Sequence record: NC_042056.1
DNA length: 64,000 nt
Direction: 5' to 3' (one strand)
The notes under the pieces: model-generated
Database searches by the model: none
Seen by the model: only the letters and a program-made list of their open reading frames with translations
Told to the model about the DNA's origin: nothing
Position numbers and translations under genes: made by a program
Shown here: positions 1-9,717 of the stretch, piece after piece
How positions within the stretch are numbered: position 1 is the stretch's first letter
How the letters are laid out: every line of letters starts with the position of its first letter

Positions 1-542
1 GCCTGGAAGGTGTCAACCGGCATGATGGGCATCTGCACTTCAATTTCCCAGCCAAGATAATCTTGATCAAAATCAGCGTCTGAGAACCAAACCATAATTT
101 GGTTATCAACATCGGATGGACTTTCTACTTTGTCCACCGTGGTTTCGAATTTCCAGCTCACCCAGCGTGGGAACCAGTTACCGTTTGCCTGAATCATGGC
201 ACCCGTCTGCACATTGCTGATTGTGGTTTGGAATTGTCCCACTAACAAACGCTGAAACTCTGACTCGTCATTTTTCGTGTTGCCCAGAATCGCTTGGTTG
301 TAAATCCACTGGGTCAGCGCGAGGACATGGTCAGTAAAGAGTGCCGGTACTTTTATCTTCGTCTCATCGCGAAGATACGTGAACGCCACTAATTCAACCT
401 GAAGGTTAGCCTTAGCGAATTTTTGTTTATTCTTCGCAAAAGACCAACTTTGATCGGATAACTCACCTACTGGAGCAACTGCACCTTCAGGAGCGTTATC
501 GATTAGTGCCGGTATTTCGATGAAGCCTTGTAAATTGAACAT
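1..542 (-). CDS. Probable virion structural protein, 5' part only (runs off the left edge)
   Basis: Absent from the ORF track; translated by hand. ATG at 542 with GGAG RBS, open to position 1: MFNLQGFIEIPALIDNAPEGAVAPVGELSDQSWSFAKNKQ... The N-terminal pattern (GF..L.DN..G..AP.GELS) recalls a conserved phiKZ-like virion protein. Confidence 0.7.
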   Translation of the reverse strand, partial: MFNLQGFIEIPALIDNAPEGAVAPVGELSDQSWSFAKNKQKFAKANLQVELVAFTYLRDETKIKVPALFTDHVLALTQWIYNQAILGNTKNDESEFQRLLVGQFQTTISNVQTGAMIQANGNWFPRWVSWKFETTVDKVESPSDVDNQIMVWFSDADFDQDYLGWEIEVQMPIMPVDTFQ

Positions 543-564
543 AAAAATAAACTCCGAGGTGAGC

Positions 565-1053
565 ATGATAGCTGCAATTATTAAACTGCTTCCTTTTCTC
601 CAGTTGCTTCTAGAAGCATTCAAGCCGGGGGATGGAGAAAAGGTAACCCGAGCCAATAAAATCACAGCACTCGCAATCGTTTTACTTCTGACGTATTCAC
701 TCTTTGTGTCGTACGCCTACGTTGACCAGTTTCATAAATTGGTTCAGATTCGAGAACACGACCAGTACGTCGCTCGCCAGAACGACGAGCGTGGAGAGAC
801 CATCAAAACGCAGGCGGATGAGTTAAGAACGCTCTACAGCCGCATTTTCGAATGCTTGAGCAATCGACCATATGATGGCGCGAAGGGCGCAGCAAGTGTA
901 CCACCTCCTGCTCCAGTGGCGGTACCGCAAACACCGGTTCACACCGAAACCAAAACCGCCGACAACAAGCGCGAGGCTGCTGCTAAGCCGGTAGGTGTAG
1001 TAGATATGAGTCAGTTCCGTCAAGAACTGCTCAAGAACTTAAACGAGGAGTGA
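565..1053 (+). CDS. Inner-membrane spanin (i-spanin/Rz-like) candidate
   Basis: GAGGTG RBS supports ATG565. One TM helix (ITALAIVLLLTYSLFVSYAYV), then a coiled-coil-like stretch and a Pro-rich linker. Directly upstream of a lipoprotein gene. Confidence 0.7.
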   Translation: MIAAIIKLLPFLQLLLEAFKPGDGEKVTRANKITALAIVLLLTYSLFVSYAYVDQFHKLVQIREHDQYVARQNDERGETIKTQADELRTLYSRIFECLSNRPYDGAKGAASVPPPAPVAVPQTPVHTETKTADNKREAAAKPVGVVDMSQFRQELLKNLNEE

Positions 1054-1055
1054 AA

Positions 1056-1520
1056 ATGAGGGTCATGCTAATTTGCTTATCGCTGTTGCTCACAGCGTGT
1101 AGCAGCTGGGCACCCGTCAAGACGACCACTGCAAACACTGAGTGGTCGGTTCGTGAACTTGGACCACCCCCTGTTTATCCACAAGGGGTAGTAAATCTGG
1201 ATGACCCGCGATACCGTTCGTGGGTGGCAGATGTTAATGCGTATGCGTACTACGTGTTCGTGTACGCCCGTAATCTTAACGATTACGCCAGAGTTCATGG
1301 ATGGCGGCCACCGCAAGTTGCACCCATTTGTGAGAAGTTTGATTTGTGGGTGGTTCATCCCATTCCACAACGCATTACCTTGGACGAACGTGCTCGTCGT
1401 CCTGAGGACATCTCACGCGATTTGGCAACGCAACTCAAGCGCATTCTACTGAACTACCGTGAAGATCGTAAGTCTTTCCAGAAAGCATACGAAGCCCACC
1501 TTAGCACATGCCTTAACTAA
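1056..1520 (+). CDS. Outer-membrane lipoprotein spanin (o-spanin/Rz1-like) candidate
   Basis: GAGGAG RBS; signal peptide with lipobox LLTA-C, Ser at +2 (OM sorting), Pro-rich mature part; paired with the upstream TM protein. Confidence 0.72.
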   Translation: MRVMLICLSLLLTACSSWAPVKTTTANTEWSVRELGPPPVYPQGVVNLDDPRYRSWVADVNAYAYYVFVYARNLNDYARVHGWRPPQVAPICEKFDLWVVHPIPQRITLDERARRPEDISRDLATQLKRILLNYREDRKSFQKAYEAHLSTCLN

Positions 1521-1524
1521 AACA

Positions 1525-1564
1525 CGACACCTATTCCTTCGGGGGTAGGTGTCGCTTTATTTTT
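1525..1564 (+). terminator. Intrinsic terminator
   Basis: CGACACCTATTCC-TTCG-GGGGTAGGTGTCG followed by CTTTATTTTT. Confidence 0.8.
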
Positions 1565-1608
1565 ACACAACCAACCCATCTAATGTATACCCACAGGAGA
1601 GTTTAATC

Positions 1609-2364
1609 ATGACCGAAGTCACCCCAACCAAACGCACGCCGAATATCTTCGATGCACCCGATATCCATATCCCAACCATCGTCATCGGTATCGACGCCGA
1701 GACTAAGTCAACCCGCGCCGATGCGTATCCGGTTGCCATTGGGGCAGGGGCATGGGACATCGCTACGATGCGTCTTATCGCGACGCATTACCAGACCATC
1801 GACCCGAACGATGAGAAAGCAAAAGCCATCTTCCATGAAGACCCATACACCATGGCGTGGTGGCGTGGGGAAGGGGATAACCCAGACTATGCACCGTCGC
1901 GTGAAGCATACGCCGAAGCATTCTCCGGCACCATGCCGATGCCAGAAGCCTTATGGGGGATGTACAACTTCCTTGAGAAGTTCAAATCTCACAAGGTTGC
2001 ACTGACTATGCGTGGCCCAGAGTTCGATCAACCGATTCTGATGAACGCCTTTGCCCAGTGTGATGTCCCGACGAGTCTCCTGAAACGTTTCTCGATGCTG
2101 GACTCTGACCGGACGGCTGAGCGTATCATGCACGCATTCAACCTGACGCCGGACTACCGTGCGGAATCGCACAACTGGACGCGCGGTAAAGACGCTTATC
2201 TGCACCATGCCTGTTTTGATGCAGCGCGTGAAGGTTACATTACTGCCCGTATTTATCACTTAGCGCTGGTTGCGCGTCTGCACGGCTTTGACCGTATGCT
2301 GGAAGCGCACAACCAATTGATGACCGGTGAATATACGGCTATGGATTATCTGAGAGAGGAATAA
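1609..2364 (+). CDS. DEDDh 3'-5' exonuclease
   Basis: Exo I IGIDAET, Exo II RGPEFDQPIL, Exo III HHACFDA. Start placed at ATG1609 (AGGAG RBS) because the track start lies inside the terminator. Confidence 0.8.
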   Translation: MTEVTPTKRTPNIFDAPDIHIPTIVIGIDAETKSTRADAYPVAIGAGAWDIATMRLIATHYQTIDPNDEKAKAIFHEDPYTMAWWRGEGDNPDYAPSREAYAEAFSGTMPMPEALWGMYNFLEKFKSHKVALTMRGPEFDQPILMNAFAQCDVPTSLLKRFSMLDSDRTAERIMHAFNLTPDYRAESHNWTRGKDAYLHHACFDAAREGYITARIYHLALVARLHGFDRMLEAHNQLMTGEYTAMDYLREE

Positions 2365-3884
2365 TGGACGTTAAAGAGTACGATCATGTCGTCGTCTATA
2401 CGGACGGTAGTCGTGTAGGCCCTCCGAATGGTACGGGGGGCGGTATCCACGGGTACGCTTTCAACAGTGGGGTGTTAAATGAAAACACCCCGTACAGCCT
2501 GCCGGACGTAGAGGAGTGTGTCACGACCAACGGGTACAAGAAGTTCCCGAAGGACATTAAGAAGCCCACGGTACCTGAAACAGTTGATTTCTTCGACTGT
2601 GTAATTCCCGTTCCGGCGGAGTTCTGGTCGGACGTGGCAGAACTGATGGCATTTATCAGTCTCTTTGAAAACTCACCTATCCTTGCCAAGAACTACACCA
2701 TCTATATCGATGCGTCTTACGTGGTCAACGCGTGGAACGATTGGATGGATGGATGGCGTAAGCGCGGTTGGACGAAGGCAGACGGTACCCCGATTGCTAA
2801 CGTCAACCTTATCAAGAAGATTGATGAGATTAAGACCCGTTTGCGTCAAGAAGGCCGTTCTATCCGCGTGATCAAAATCAAAGGCCACGCAGGGTTCTAC
2901 GGTAACGAGCGTGCGGACATGATGGCGCGTAAAGCCTCATCAATGGTTGCTGCGGGTCAAGGGGTTGAGTACCGTCCGTTGTGGAGCGTCTCCGGTGAGC
3001 TGCCTGCGGAACCCGAAGCTGAGGTCATGGGCGGCGACGGCAGTTTACTCAACATGCCAAAAATCACCAACACGAAGTTCTGCTATCCGTTAGTGAATGA
3101 GGAACACCCAACCTTGTCCATTAACGGTGAAAGCTGGAAATACATGTTCGGTGGGAACCACGCAAAGAACAAGGAAGATATCGTGTTCATCGGTAAGATG
3201 ATACCCGATGCGCAGTTTGCGGTGTTCCTGAGTAAAGACGGTTGGGATAACATTTACCAGTTGGTCAACAAGCACAACGAATTGGCGTGGGATAATATCC
3301 CGCCGATGAAACGCTATGACCCAATTGCCATTGTGTACAACACGATGATTAAGCGCAAGAAGTTCCAAGACGCTGCAAAAGAAGGGTTGCCGGTTAATCT
3401 GATGAAATTCAGCGAAGACGGGAACCTGTGGATGTACGACGACCTTGCAATTACGCGTGTCGTGCGCCCAGCGCTGCTCTCTTACCGTGCGTTGGAAATC
3501 CGTGATGAACTGGCTGCCTTTTTACGCGACGGCGTAGAAGACCGCTCAAGCGTTGTGCTGAACGATATCACCCATCTGCTATTTGATGAGAAAGACAAGC
3601 CGGTGAAGACCTTCTACCGTAATGTCGATGTCAGTTTCAACGTGAAGGTCAACTACCCTGAAAGTGACAAGCAGATTCCGATTATCCTGACCCGTAATAT
3701 CGACATGCCGGATCGTACCGACATGAACCGTATCATGGAGCCAGGCGGTAAATGGTACGTGGCTTGTCGTCGTCCCCAGAAACGTTGCGTGGAGTTTGCT
3801 GTAGTCTACATTGGTAAGGAATACCATGGACTGTGGTGTGGCTATTATGCCAACAAACGCATCCTGAGAGAAGAGGAAGTGTAA
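2364..3884 (+). CDS. rnhA: Ribonuclease HI with long C-terminal extension
   Basis: YTDGS, AELMA, YIDASYV, W.K.GW, KGHAGFYGNERADMMA motifs in the first ~195 aa; ~300 further aa unassigned. Confidence 0.9.
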   Translation: MDVKEYDHVVVYTDGSRVGPPNGTGGGIHGYAFNSGVLNENTPYSLPDVEECVTTNGYKKFPKDIKKPTVPETVDFFDCVIPVPAEFWSDVAELMAFISLFENSPILAKNYTIYIDASYVVNAWNDWMDGWRKRGWTKADGTPIANVNLIKKIDEIKTRLRQEGRSIRVIKIKGHAGFYGNERADMMARKASSMVAAGQGVEYRPLWSVSGELPAEPEAEVMGGDGSLLNMPKITNTKFCYPLVNEEHPTLSINGESWKYMFGGNHAKNKEDIVFIGKMIPDAQFAVFLSKDGWDNIYQLVNKHNELAWDNIPPMKRYDPIAIVYNTMIKRKKFQDAAKEGLPVNLMKFSEDGNLWMYDDLAITRVVRPALLSYRALEIRDELAAFLRDGVEDRSSVVLNDITHLLFDEKDKPVKTFYRNVDVSFNVKVNYPESDKQIPIILTRNIDMPDRTDMNRIMEPGGKWYVACRRPQKRCVEFAVVYIGKEYHGLWCGYYANKRILREEEV

Positions 3885-4636
3885 TGCAGAAGTTGCACAG
3901 CCAAACGCTTGTGATGCACACCGCGCAGTTGGTGGAGTCGATGGCGGACTACGCGTTTCTCACGTATGTGAAAGACCGTGCACGGTGTCAGGTGGAAGGG
4001 ATTCCACCGTTTGATTGTCGTGAGATTGGGAAGCAGGCCATGGCGGAAGTCGTGGCTGAACTCCTGCTCGATGCGATCATGGGAATTAACGCTAACACCG
4101 GTTTCAGTTATCGCGGCGTCGTGAAGATGCCGGTTATCCACACTGAGAAGTATCAGAACTGGCGTGATTCAGGTAATTGTGGGATGTTCACCGTCGAAGA
4201 GATGTTTGACGCCCATTGTCGCGAGTTACCACTGGGGCCACTCATCGAAGGCGCTATCCGCTGGTACACCAGTGAGTTTGTCAACGAGATCATGGCACTG
4301 ATCAACAACGATTGGTACTGTGACCGAGAAAATGAACTCGTTATCTTTACCAGTCGTGAGTTGCTCGTGAAGCAGATTCTCAACGGGACGGTGGTGTTGC
4401 CATTGCTGGCGAAGGAAGATTACGAATTTGCCGCTGAGGCGGACAGCTTCGAAGCAATTCGTGACGAAGTCTTCCAATGGCCATACTCGTTTGTCACCCA
4501 AAACGAGATGAAGGTGTTGCACGAACGTATTCCGTCTTTCATCCTCTCGCCAGAAGACCAAGATTCCGATGAAGACCCTACGGTCGAACTCTACGTCTTG
4601 AAGCCAGAAGTGATTGATAGAATCAAAAAACTCTGA
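3884..4636 (+). CDS. Hypothetical protein
   Basis: 250-aa ORF, TAATG-coupled to RNase H. Confidence 0.75.
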   Translation: MQKLHSQTLVMHTAQLVESMADYAFLTYVKDRARCQVEGIPPFDCREIGKQAMAEVVAELLLDAIMGINANTGFSYRGVVKMPVIHTEKYQNWRDSGNCGMFTVEEMFDAHCRELPLGPLIEGAIRWYTSEFVNEIMALINNDWYCDRENELVIFTSRELLVKQILNGTVVLPLLAKEDYEFAAEADSFEAIRDEVFQWPYSFVTQNEMKVLHERIPSFILSPEDQDSDEDPTVELYVLKPEVIDRIKKL

Positions 4637-4657
4637 GATAGATATTATCTTGGTGAG
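4636..4657 (+). promoter_or_regulatory. Candidate early (virion RNAP) promoter, copy 1
   Basis: AGATAGATATTATCTTGGTGAG; one of five aligned intergenic copies, resembling the phiKZ early consensus TATATTAC. Confidence 0.65.
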
Positions 4658-4678
4658 CAGTCTATAAGGAGTATCAAA

Positions 4679-5413
4679 ATGCTTCGTGTCAACACCCCCG
4701 AACTCCTTCTCTTTAACCCCTCGCTTGTCGAGGGGTTGTTCGACAAGATGTGGGAGCGATACTTTAGAGAGGAGATGAATTCTGACCCGTGGTGGGAACG
4801 CTACCGTGGTGACTTCTTTCTGGACTCTTCGCAGATTACGCTGGATGTGTTCAGCCGCTGTGTCGAAGAAGTAGTACAAGCTGCAAACCTGCGTCGTCCG
4901 ATGGACTTCAATTACATCACGTTTGATTTTTCATGGTACATGGACAATTACAACTACGAATGTGATTTGGGGATAGACGACCAAGAGAAGATTGAAAACA
5001 AGATGTTTGATTTCTTCCACTTTGCAATTAACCAATTGGTTTCACAGGAGTTCTTAGATGCGGCATGCAAACGACTAACCCCGACATGGGAATCCTTAAC
5101 GGAACTCGTGGGGCAGCGTGGCATTGTGGGCTTCTGGTACGAACCCTGTCAAGGCCAGATGCACATGGACTCAGGACGTGACCACGTCTGGGCGGTGCAA
5201 GAAGGGGATTATGACGCTGAGCTGTATGCTGAGTGGCAAGGTGCGGTTGCAGGCACACTCTTTTACCACGCCACCATTGGCGATGGTAATGAGTTTTATT
5301 TATTTAATGGGTCGCTTATCCAAGACGGACAAACACTTGACCACATCCCACTTGGGGAGATGGTGACACTGTGTCGTCTGACTGAACAAGCACAAACTAT
5401 CATTGACCTTTAA
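4679..5413 (+). CDS. Hypothetical acidic protein
   Basis: 244-aa ORF, AAGGAG RBS. Confidence 0.8.
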   Translation: MLRVNTPELLLFNPSLVEGLFDKMWERYFREEMNSDPWWERYRGDFFLDSSQITLDVFSRCVEEVVQAANLRRPMDFNYITFDFSWYMDNYNYECDLGIDDQEKIENKMFDFFHFAINQLVSQEFLDAACKRLTPTWESLTELVGQRGIVGFWYEPCQGQMHMDSGRDHVWAVQEGDYDAELYAEWQGAVAGTLFYHATIGDGNEFYLFNGSLIQDGQTLDHIPLGEMVTLCRLTEQAQTIIDL

Positions 5414-5425
5414 GGAGTATCTACC

Positions 5426-5794
5426 ATGAAACTTGATCAAGCTATCCAACAGTATGTTACCCAATTCGACCGACACGGCCTGTTCCTGCTGCGCTTCACT
5501 AACGAAACCCAACTGCTGGAGCACAACCCAAAAACGTTTGCCGTGGTGTATGAAAACGACGGCATCGGTGAACCAGAGCGTATGACGCTGCGTAAGCTGC
5601 GTCAAGATGCCATTGAAGCCAAGGTCGTTCATGTTCAACCTGTCGTCTGTGCCCAAGGCTGGCCGGGTAAGCTCGATGTCGAAGCAGACGTGGTGTTAAC
5701 TGTCGTGCAGGACGGTGACGTGCGTCGACTGGTGCCTGTAAAATGGCGTACCCTTGACACCCTGCCAGACGGCGTTGAATTCACGGAGTTGTAA
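5426..5794 (+). CDS. Hypothetical protein
   Basis: 122-aa ORF, AAGGAG RBS. Confidence 0.78.
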   Translation: MKLDQAIQQYVTQFDRHGLFLLRFTNETQLLEHNPKTFAVVYENDGIGEPERMTLRKLRQDAIEAKVVHVQPVVCAQGWPGKLDVEADVVLTVVQDGDVRRLVPVKWRTLDTLPDGVEFTEL

Positions 5795-5796
5795 GT

Positions 5797-6534
5797 ATGG
5801 ATATGCGTCCCGTCAGGTTATACCTGCTGACGGCGCTTCACGATCATTTGATGCGTCTCGGTGAGGCGCGTCATATCGCGAAGACAGCGTATCTGATGAT
5901 TGCGCGAGAAATCGCGCGGTCTGACTTACGTGACCGTCACAAATGGCTGTTAACGGATGTGTGCGAGCGTTTGAAAGCACGCGTCTATTCGGATGAACTT
6001 ACCCGTGCCCTTTCCTACGTCTGGGTCTATGATGACATTCGGGACGAATCCTTTCTCGACAACAGCGCACGGGTGGTTAAGTTAATCGAACGGGTGACCA
6101 ACGATTACTACGCAACCACGGGTGGCCTCACAACCGAAGTGAATATCCAAAGCTCCATCTTGGATTCGCTTCGTGAGACTGCCAATCATCTCGATGCGCC
6201 CATTCTTTTTTCTACCGACTATGACCTGTTGCGTTTTCGCATCTGGTTTACTGGGGAAATGGATGACGTCGACATGCACGAGCTGTGGTGTCATGACGTG
6301 CACAGCATGGATGAATGGACGTCCCTGCTTACGACCTACCCATCGGAGAAATACTTGTGGCGTCAAGATCACGAGCCGCTGCTTCCAGAGAGATTAGATG
6401 AAGAAGGTTACGACATCGAAGCGTTCTGGAAAAACATCACGATTCTCAGTTTGGACAAGCTCTACGTCGAAGCGAAGGAGCGTCTGTGCTCCGAGGATGA
6501 AGACCGATGCGAACTGTACACAGCTATGCACTGA
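5797..6534 (+). CDS. Hypothetical acidic protein
   Basis: 245-aa ORF in a tightly packed operon. Confidence 0.75.
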   Translation: MDMRPVRLYLLTALHDHLMRLGEARHIAKTAYLMIAREIARSDLRDRHKWLLTDVCERLKARVYSDELTRALSYVWVYDDIRDESFLDNSARVVKLIERVTNDYYATTGGLTTEVNIQSSILDSLRETANHLDAPILFSTDYDLLRFRIWFTGEMDDVDMHELWCHDVHSMDEWTSLLTTYPSEKYLWRQDHEPLLPERLDEEGYDIEAFWKNITILSLDKLYVEAKERLCSEDEDRCELYTAMH

Positions 6535-6923
6535 TGATGTTCCAAGCGTGGTGGCCAAAGCTCACGGAAGGGATTATTGGCGTGTCGGGGTGGGAATATG
6601 TGCTGGTGACCTCGTACCTGATAGAGTGTGCGAAGAACGGCCTTATCCTGCCCAGTGAACGTCGTCAGGCGATGCTGATGGAGAAACTTGACTCCATGTA
6701 TCCCGCGGCGATGTTCCAACACCGTAAGCATTTGTTCCATGCTGCGCTTGTTGAGTTAGGTGATGAACGTACTGCGATTATCGTGAAGAAAATACGCGAT
6801 GAGATGGTTAATGTGTCACGCGAACTTAATCTGGTTTGGGTCGGTGTGTCGTACACACCGTTAGATGTTGTTCGTTGTCGTTACCAAGTTAATTTCGCAG
6901 CCACAACCCGAGGTGTTGCATGA
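6534..6923 (+). CDS. Hypothetical protein
   Basis: TGATG overlap supports ATG6534; 129 aa. Confidence 0.7.
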   Translation: MMFQAWWPKLTEGIIGVSGWEYVLVTSYLIECAKNGLILPSERRQAMLMEKLDSMYPAAMFQHRKHLFHAALVELGDERTAIIVKKIRDEMVNVSRELNLVWVGVSYTPLDVVRCRYQVNFAATTRGVA

Positions 6924-7459
6924 AAGTATTATTAGACTTCTCGTTATCAGAATCGCGGGCAAAGCTCGATGCGGTTTTGCTGGCGATGAAGAAGTCATTG
7001 GAGTTCGAAGTCCACAACGCGCTCGCGGAGTATGAGCGTACGTTAAAAGTGGAAACGGGCGATACCTATTGTCTGGTCGATGCCGAGGGGATTGTCAAAA
7101 CCACGGTCGATGGGATGATTGATAAAGTCCGTAACGTCCTCAGTACCCCACTGCCAGTTATGGTGGCACACTGGGACGATGGGGCCGATGTACTTGACCT
7201 GATTCGCGATGCCTTTGAGAAAGGTGCAGCGAACATGGAAAGTATGGCACTGGGTGATGCTACCGAAGTGTACGTGACCGTCCCGATGAAAGAGGGCGGT
7301 AACAACTTTGAGATGGTGTCTCTGCACGAGGTGCTGAACACGGCCAATTCGCAGGCGATTGATAAGATACTGAACGACGCGTGTGTTAAAGTGCGCGACA
7401 TCTGTATCAAAGAGATTGTCTACATTCAGGAAAAACTCTTGAAGGGAGCTACCTGGTGA
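6920..7459 (+). CDS. Hypothetical helical protein (possible paralog 1 of 3)
   Basis: 179 aa, ATGA overlap, GAGG RBS. Confidence 0.75.
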   Translation: MKVLLDFSLSESRAKLDAVLLAMKKSLEFEVHNALAEYERTLKVETGDTYCLVDAEGIVKTTVDGMIDKVRNVLSTPLPVMVAHWDDGADVLDLIRDAFEKGAANMESMALGDATEVYVTVPMKEGGNNFEMVSLHEVLNTANSQAIDKILNDACVKVRDICIKEIVYIQEKLLKGATW

Positions 7460-8058
7460 AACTCCACATTAACCTGACCCCCAGTAACTTTGAAAAGCAC
7501 TGGCCGGAAATGATGATGCAAATCCGTGAGTCGATGGATGCGTTCATGCATGAGTTTACCGGCTTGGCGGTAGAAGACAACAAACTTCTCACGCTGCCAC
7601 TCTGGTCTGTTTTGTTTGATCCGATATCGCGGTTGTCTAACTCCATGCTGACGTTTGAATTTGACAAGACAGACATCGAAGATAAACGTATTGAGAAGAA
7701 CATCGAGATTATCACCCTCGATACGAAACTCGACAGCGTGCTGGAAGACATTCGCGATGCGGTGAACTACGAGTTGAATGAGTTCAAGACATCCACCACT
7801 GCGAATGAAGCACTCAACGAATGGTTAAAAGAGATGTCTGACGAAACCCGTGGTAAGTTACGGGATGAGTTGGTTGGGTTGGTTCATCGACACATCTCGA
7901 CACTACTCGATATCCTGTTCGCGCAACTGACAGCGGAAATCATCGAAATCTCGTTCCGCTTTCGCCCGCGTCCGGTGTTAGTGTCAACGGATGGTGGTAC
8001 GAAGATGGTAGGACGTATATCGGATATGATTCAGGACGTCCCTGACGAACCGGCTTAA
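7456..8058 (+). CDS. Hypothetical helical protein (possible paralog 2 of 3)
   Basis: 200 aa, GTGA overlap, GGGAG RBS. Confidence 0.75.
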   Translation: MKLHINLTPSNFEKHWPEMMMQIRESMDAFMHEFTGLAVEDNKLLTLPLWSVLFDPISRLSNSMLTFEFDKTDIEDKRIEKNIEIITLDTKLDSVLEDIRDAVNYELNEFKTSTTANEALNEWLKEMSDETRGKLRDELVGLVHRHISTLLDILFAQLTAEIIEISFRFRPRPVLVSTDGGTKMVGRISDMIQDVPDEPA

Positions 8059-8060
8059 CC

Positions 8061-8540
8061 ATGAACGTGTATTTCGATTACGATGACTCGCATATCCGGC
8101 AGTTGTGGGTTGATGCGTTTGACAGTATTCGTATCGATTTGCAAGAGTATCTGCGAAATCAGATGCGTGAGTGCTCGCACACGGAATCGGTTGTTCTGGC
8201 GCAAACGTTGTTACAGCCCACCTATCAGGTGTTTTACAAACAACACGACACTGTGTTTCGGACGGTCGTGGAAAAGGAAGACTTAGACGCATCGGAGTAT
8301 TCGTTTGAGCTTGACGATGAAGCATACCGGAAACTCATCACCCAGAGTATCGAGGTGTCGGTTGTGGCAACGAAGAAGACGTGGAATGTCAGGACGTTGC
8401 CGGTGTTATTCGACCGGGATATCGTCTGCCAAAAAATCGAGGCCATTCTCTTCGAGCATTTGGATGAGTTTGTCATTGAGTTGGTTGGGTACATGGAAGC
8501 CTTTGTCAACGAACTGATAGAGCAACGTCGAAATAAATAA
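8061..8540 (+). CDS. Hypothetical helical protein (possible paralog 3 of 3)
   Basis: 159 aa, ends just before a bidirectional terminator. Confidence 0.75.
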   Translation: MNVYFDYDDSHIRQLWVDAFDSIRIDLQEYLRNQMRECSHTESVVLAQTLLQPTYQVFYKQHDTVFRTVVEKEDLDASEYSFELDDEAYRKLITQSIEVSVVATKKTWNVRTLPVLFDRDIVCQKIEAILFEHLDEFVIELVGYMEAFVNELIEQRRNK

Positions 8541-8582
8541 AAAGCCTACCTACTCCATCGGGAGTAGGTAGCTTTATTTTTT
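8541..8582. terminator. Bidirectional intrinsic terminator
   Basis: A-tract, CTACCTACTCC-ATCG-GGAGTAGGTAG (8546-8571), T-tract; between convergent genes. Confidence 0.88.
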
Positions 8583-9338
8583 TTATTTTGAATTGGCCTT
8601 TAAGGCTTTCAGTCTATCCCCGGTCTGGCTTAATGCTTGAATCAGCTCGTTGTTCTGTTTCATGAACAGACCAAACAGCTCAACCCAATCGGATGCCATG
8701 TCCAGCATCTTGACGATTTCAGCAGCGCACTGCGGATGTACCGGCGTTTCTGCTAACTCATCTGTGCTGGCACCGATGCTGGCAATCAGCTTATCGATAT
8801 TGCGCTTGAGCTTTTCAGTAACCTCTTTGCTCAGTGCTTTGCTGCGGTTGAACGCCACATCAATCTCACCGGCATTGTGGAAGACCTTCTCAATCGGACG
8901 TTGGTCGACCGACGTTGTGGTGTAAGACGCAGCCAATTTCTTGACGAGGTCTTTCGGGTCAACGTTTTTGAGCGGGTACTTCAAATCTTTGAAGCGGAAA
9001 CCGACAGGAACGGTAAGCATTCCTTTGTCATGGGTAAACGCAGCCAGTTGGCGGTTCACCGGTTCCAGCACGCCATCAATCAGGTTGTCCAGTACAGACC
9101 ACACCGATTCCAGACGCTGGATATGGTCAATCATGTACACGTTCAGACCCGGTGGTACGGTGACAAGCATCCCGGAGAAATGCAGGAACTTCTCTTGCTG
9201 CATCCATTTGGACATTGCCGACATGTCATCGTAGTTTGCCGGTTTGATTTCTTGTTCGCTTCCGTTGAACGTCTTAGGAAGCACAGCCGACACTTTCGAG
9301 GCAAAAGTAGAAAGCGCGGCAATCGGGTTCAGGTTCAT
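8583..9338 (-). CDS. Probable virion structural protein (phiKZ gp153-like by position)
   Basis: GAGGTG RBS supports ATG9338; 251-aa helical protein in the conserved position divergent from the RecA-like operon. Confidence 0.65.
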   Translation of the reverse strand: MNLNPIAALSTFASKVSAVLPKTFNGSEQEIKPANYDDMSAMSKWMQQEKFLHFSGMLVTVPPGLNVYMIDHIQRLESVWSVLDNLIDGVLEPVNRQLAAFTHDKGMLTVPVGFRFKDLKYPLKNVDPKDLVKKLAASYTTTSVDQRPIEKVFHNAGEIDVAFNRSKALSKEVTEKLKRNIDKLIASIGASTDELAETPVHPQCAAEIVKMLDMASDWVELFGLFMKQNNELIQALSQTGDRLKALKANSK

Positions 9339-9364
9339 TTTCACCTCGGTGGAAGGGTAGGCTA

Positions 9365-9373
9365 CATACTAAG
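9365..9373 (-). promoter_or_regulatory. Candidate late promoter (CTTAGTATG)
   Basis: TATG is the described phiKZ late element; the identical 9-mer lies upstream of the sheath gene (50799-50807). Confidence 0.4.
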
Positions 9374-9429
9374 TCTTTTTACGGTTAAGCCCTGTGTTAT
9401 GTAGACGACTAACCCCTGAGGAATTGAAG

Positions 9430-9705
9430 ATGCAAATCAAAATGTTTACGCGTGCCTTGTCCGCGAAATTCGAACCTGAAATCTATTTCACCCCGCTGCG
9501 TAAGGATAATGAAGGCAATCGTGTTGTGGTTGGTCGTATCCTGAAATCAGAAACGCTGGCTGATGGTAAGCGTCAGTTGACCATCGAAATCGACGATCGT
9601 AACAAAAACCGTTTCAAAGACTTGGGCGAAGAAGCCTGGGTTGAGCAACACTTCGAACTGAATAACAAGCGTCGCCTGATGCTGCCTACCAAAAAACGCG
9701 CTTAA
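9430..9705 (+). CDS. Hypothetical protein
   Basis: GAGG RBS supports ATG9430; 91 aa, basic C-terminus. Confidence 0.72.
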   Translation: MQIKMFTRALSAKFEPEIYFTPLRKDNEGNRVVVGRILKSETLADGKRQLTIEIDDRNKNRFKDLGEEAWVEQHFELNNKRRLMLPTKKRA

Positions 9706-9717
9706 CGGAGTTACGAC

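Noticed and set aside
520-1608. Track starts at 520 and 1549 (likewise 3833, 9394, 11222, 20739, 21577, 34695, 34716, 61581, 63741)
   Set aside because: The upstream extensions overlap other genes or terminators; downstream starts have clear SD sequences.
9430-9705. Ribosomal-protein-like identity for the small basic ORF before uvsX
   Set aside because: Only size and charge are suggestive; no recognisable motif.
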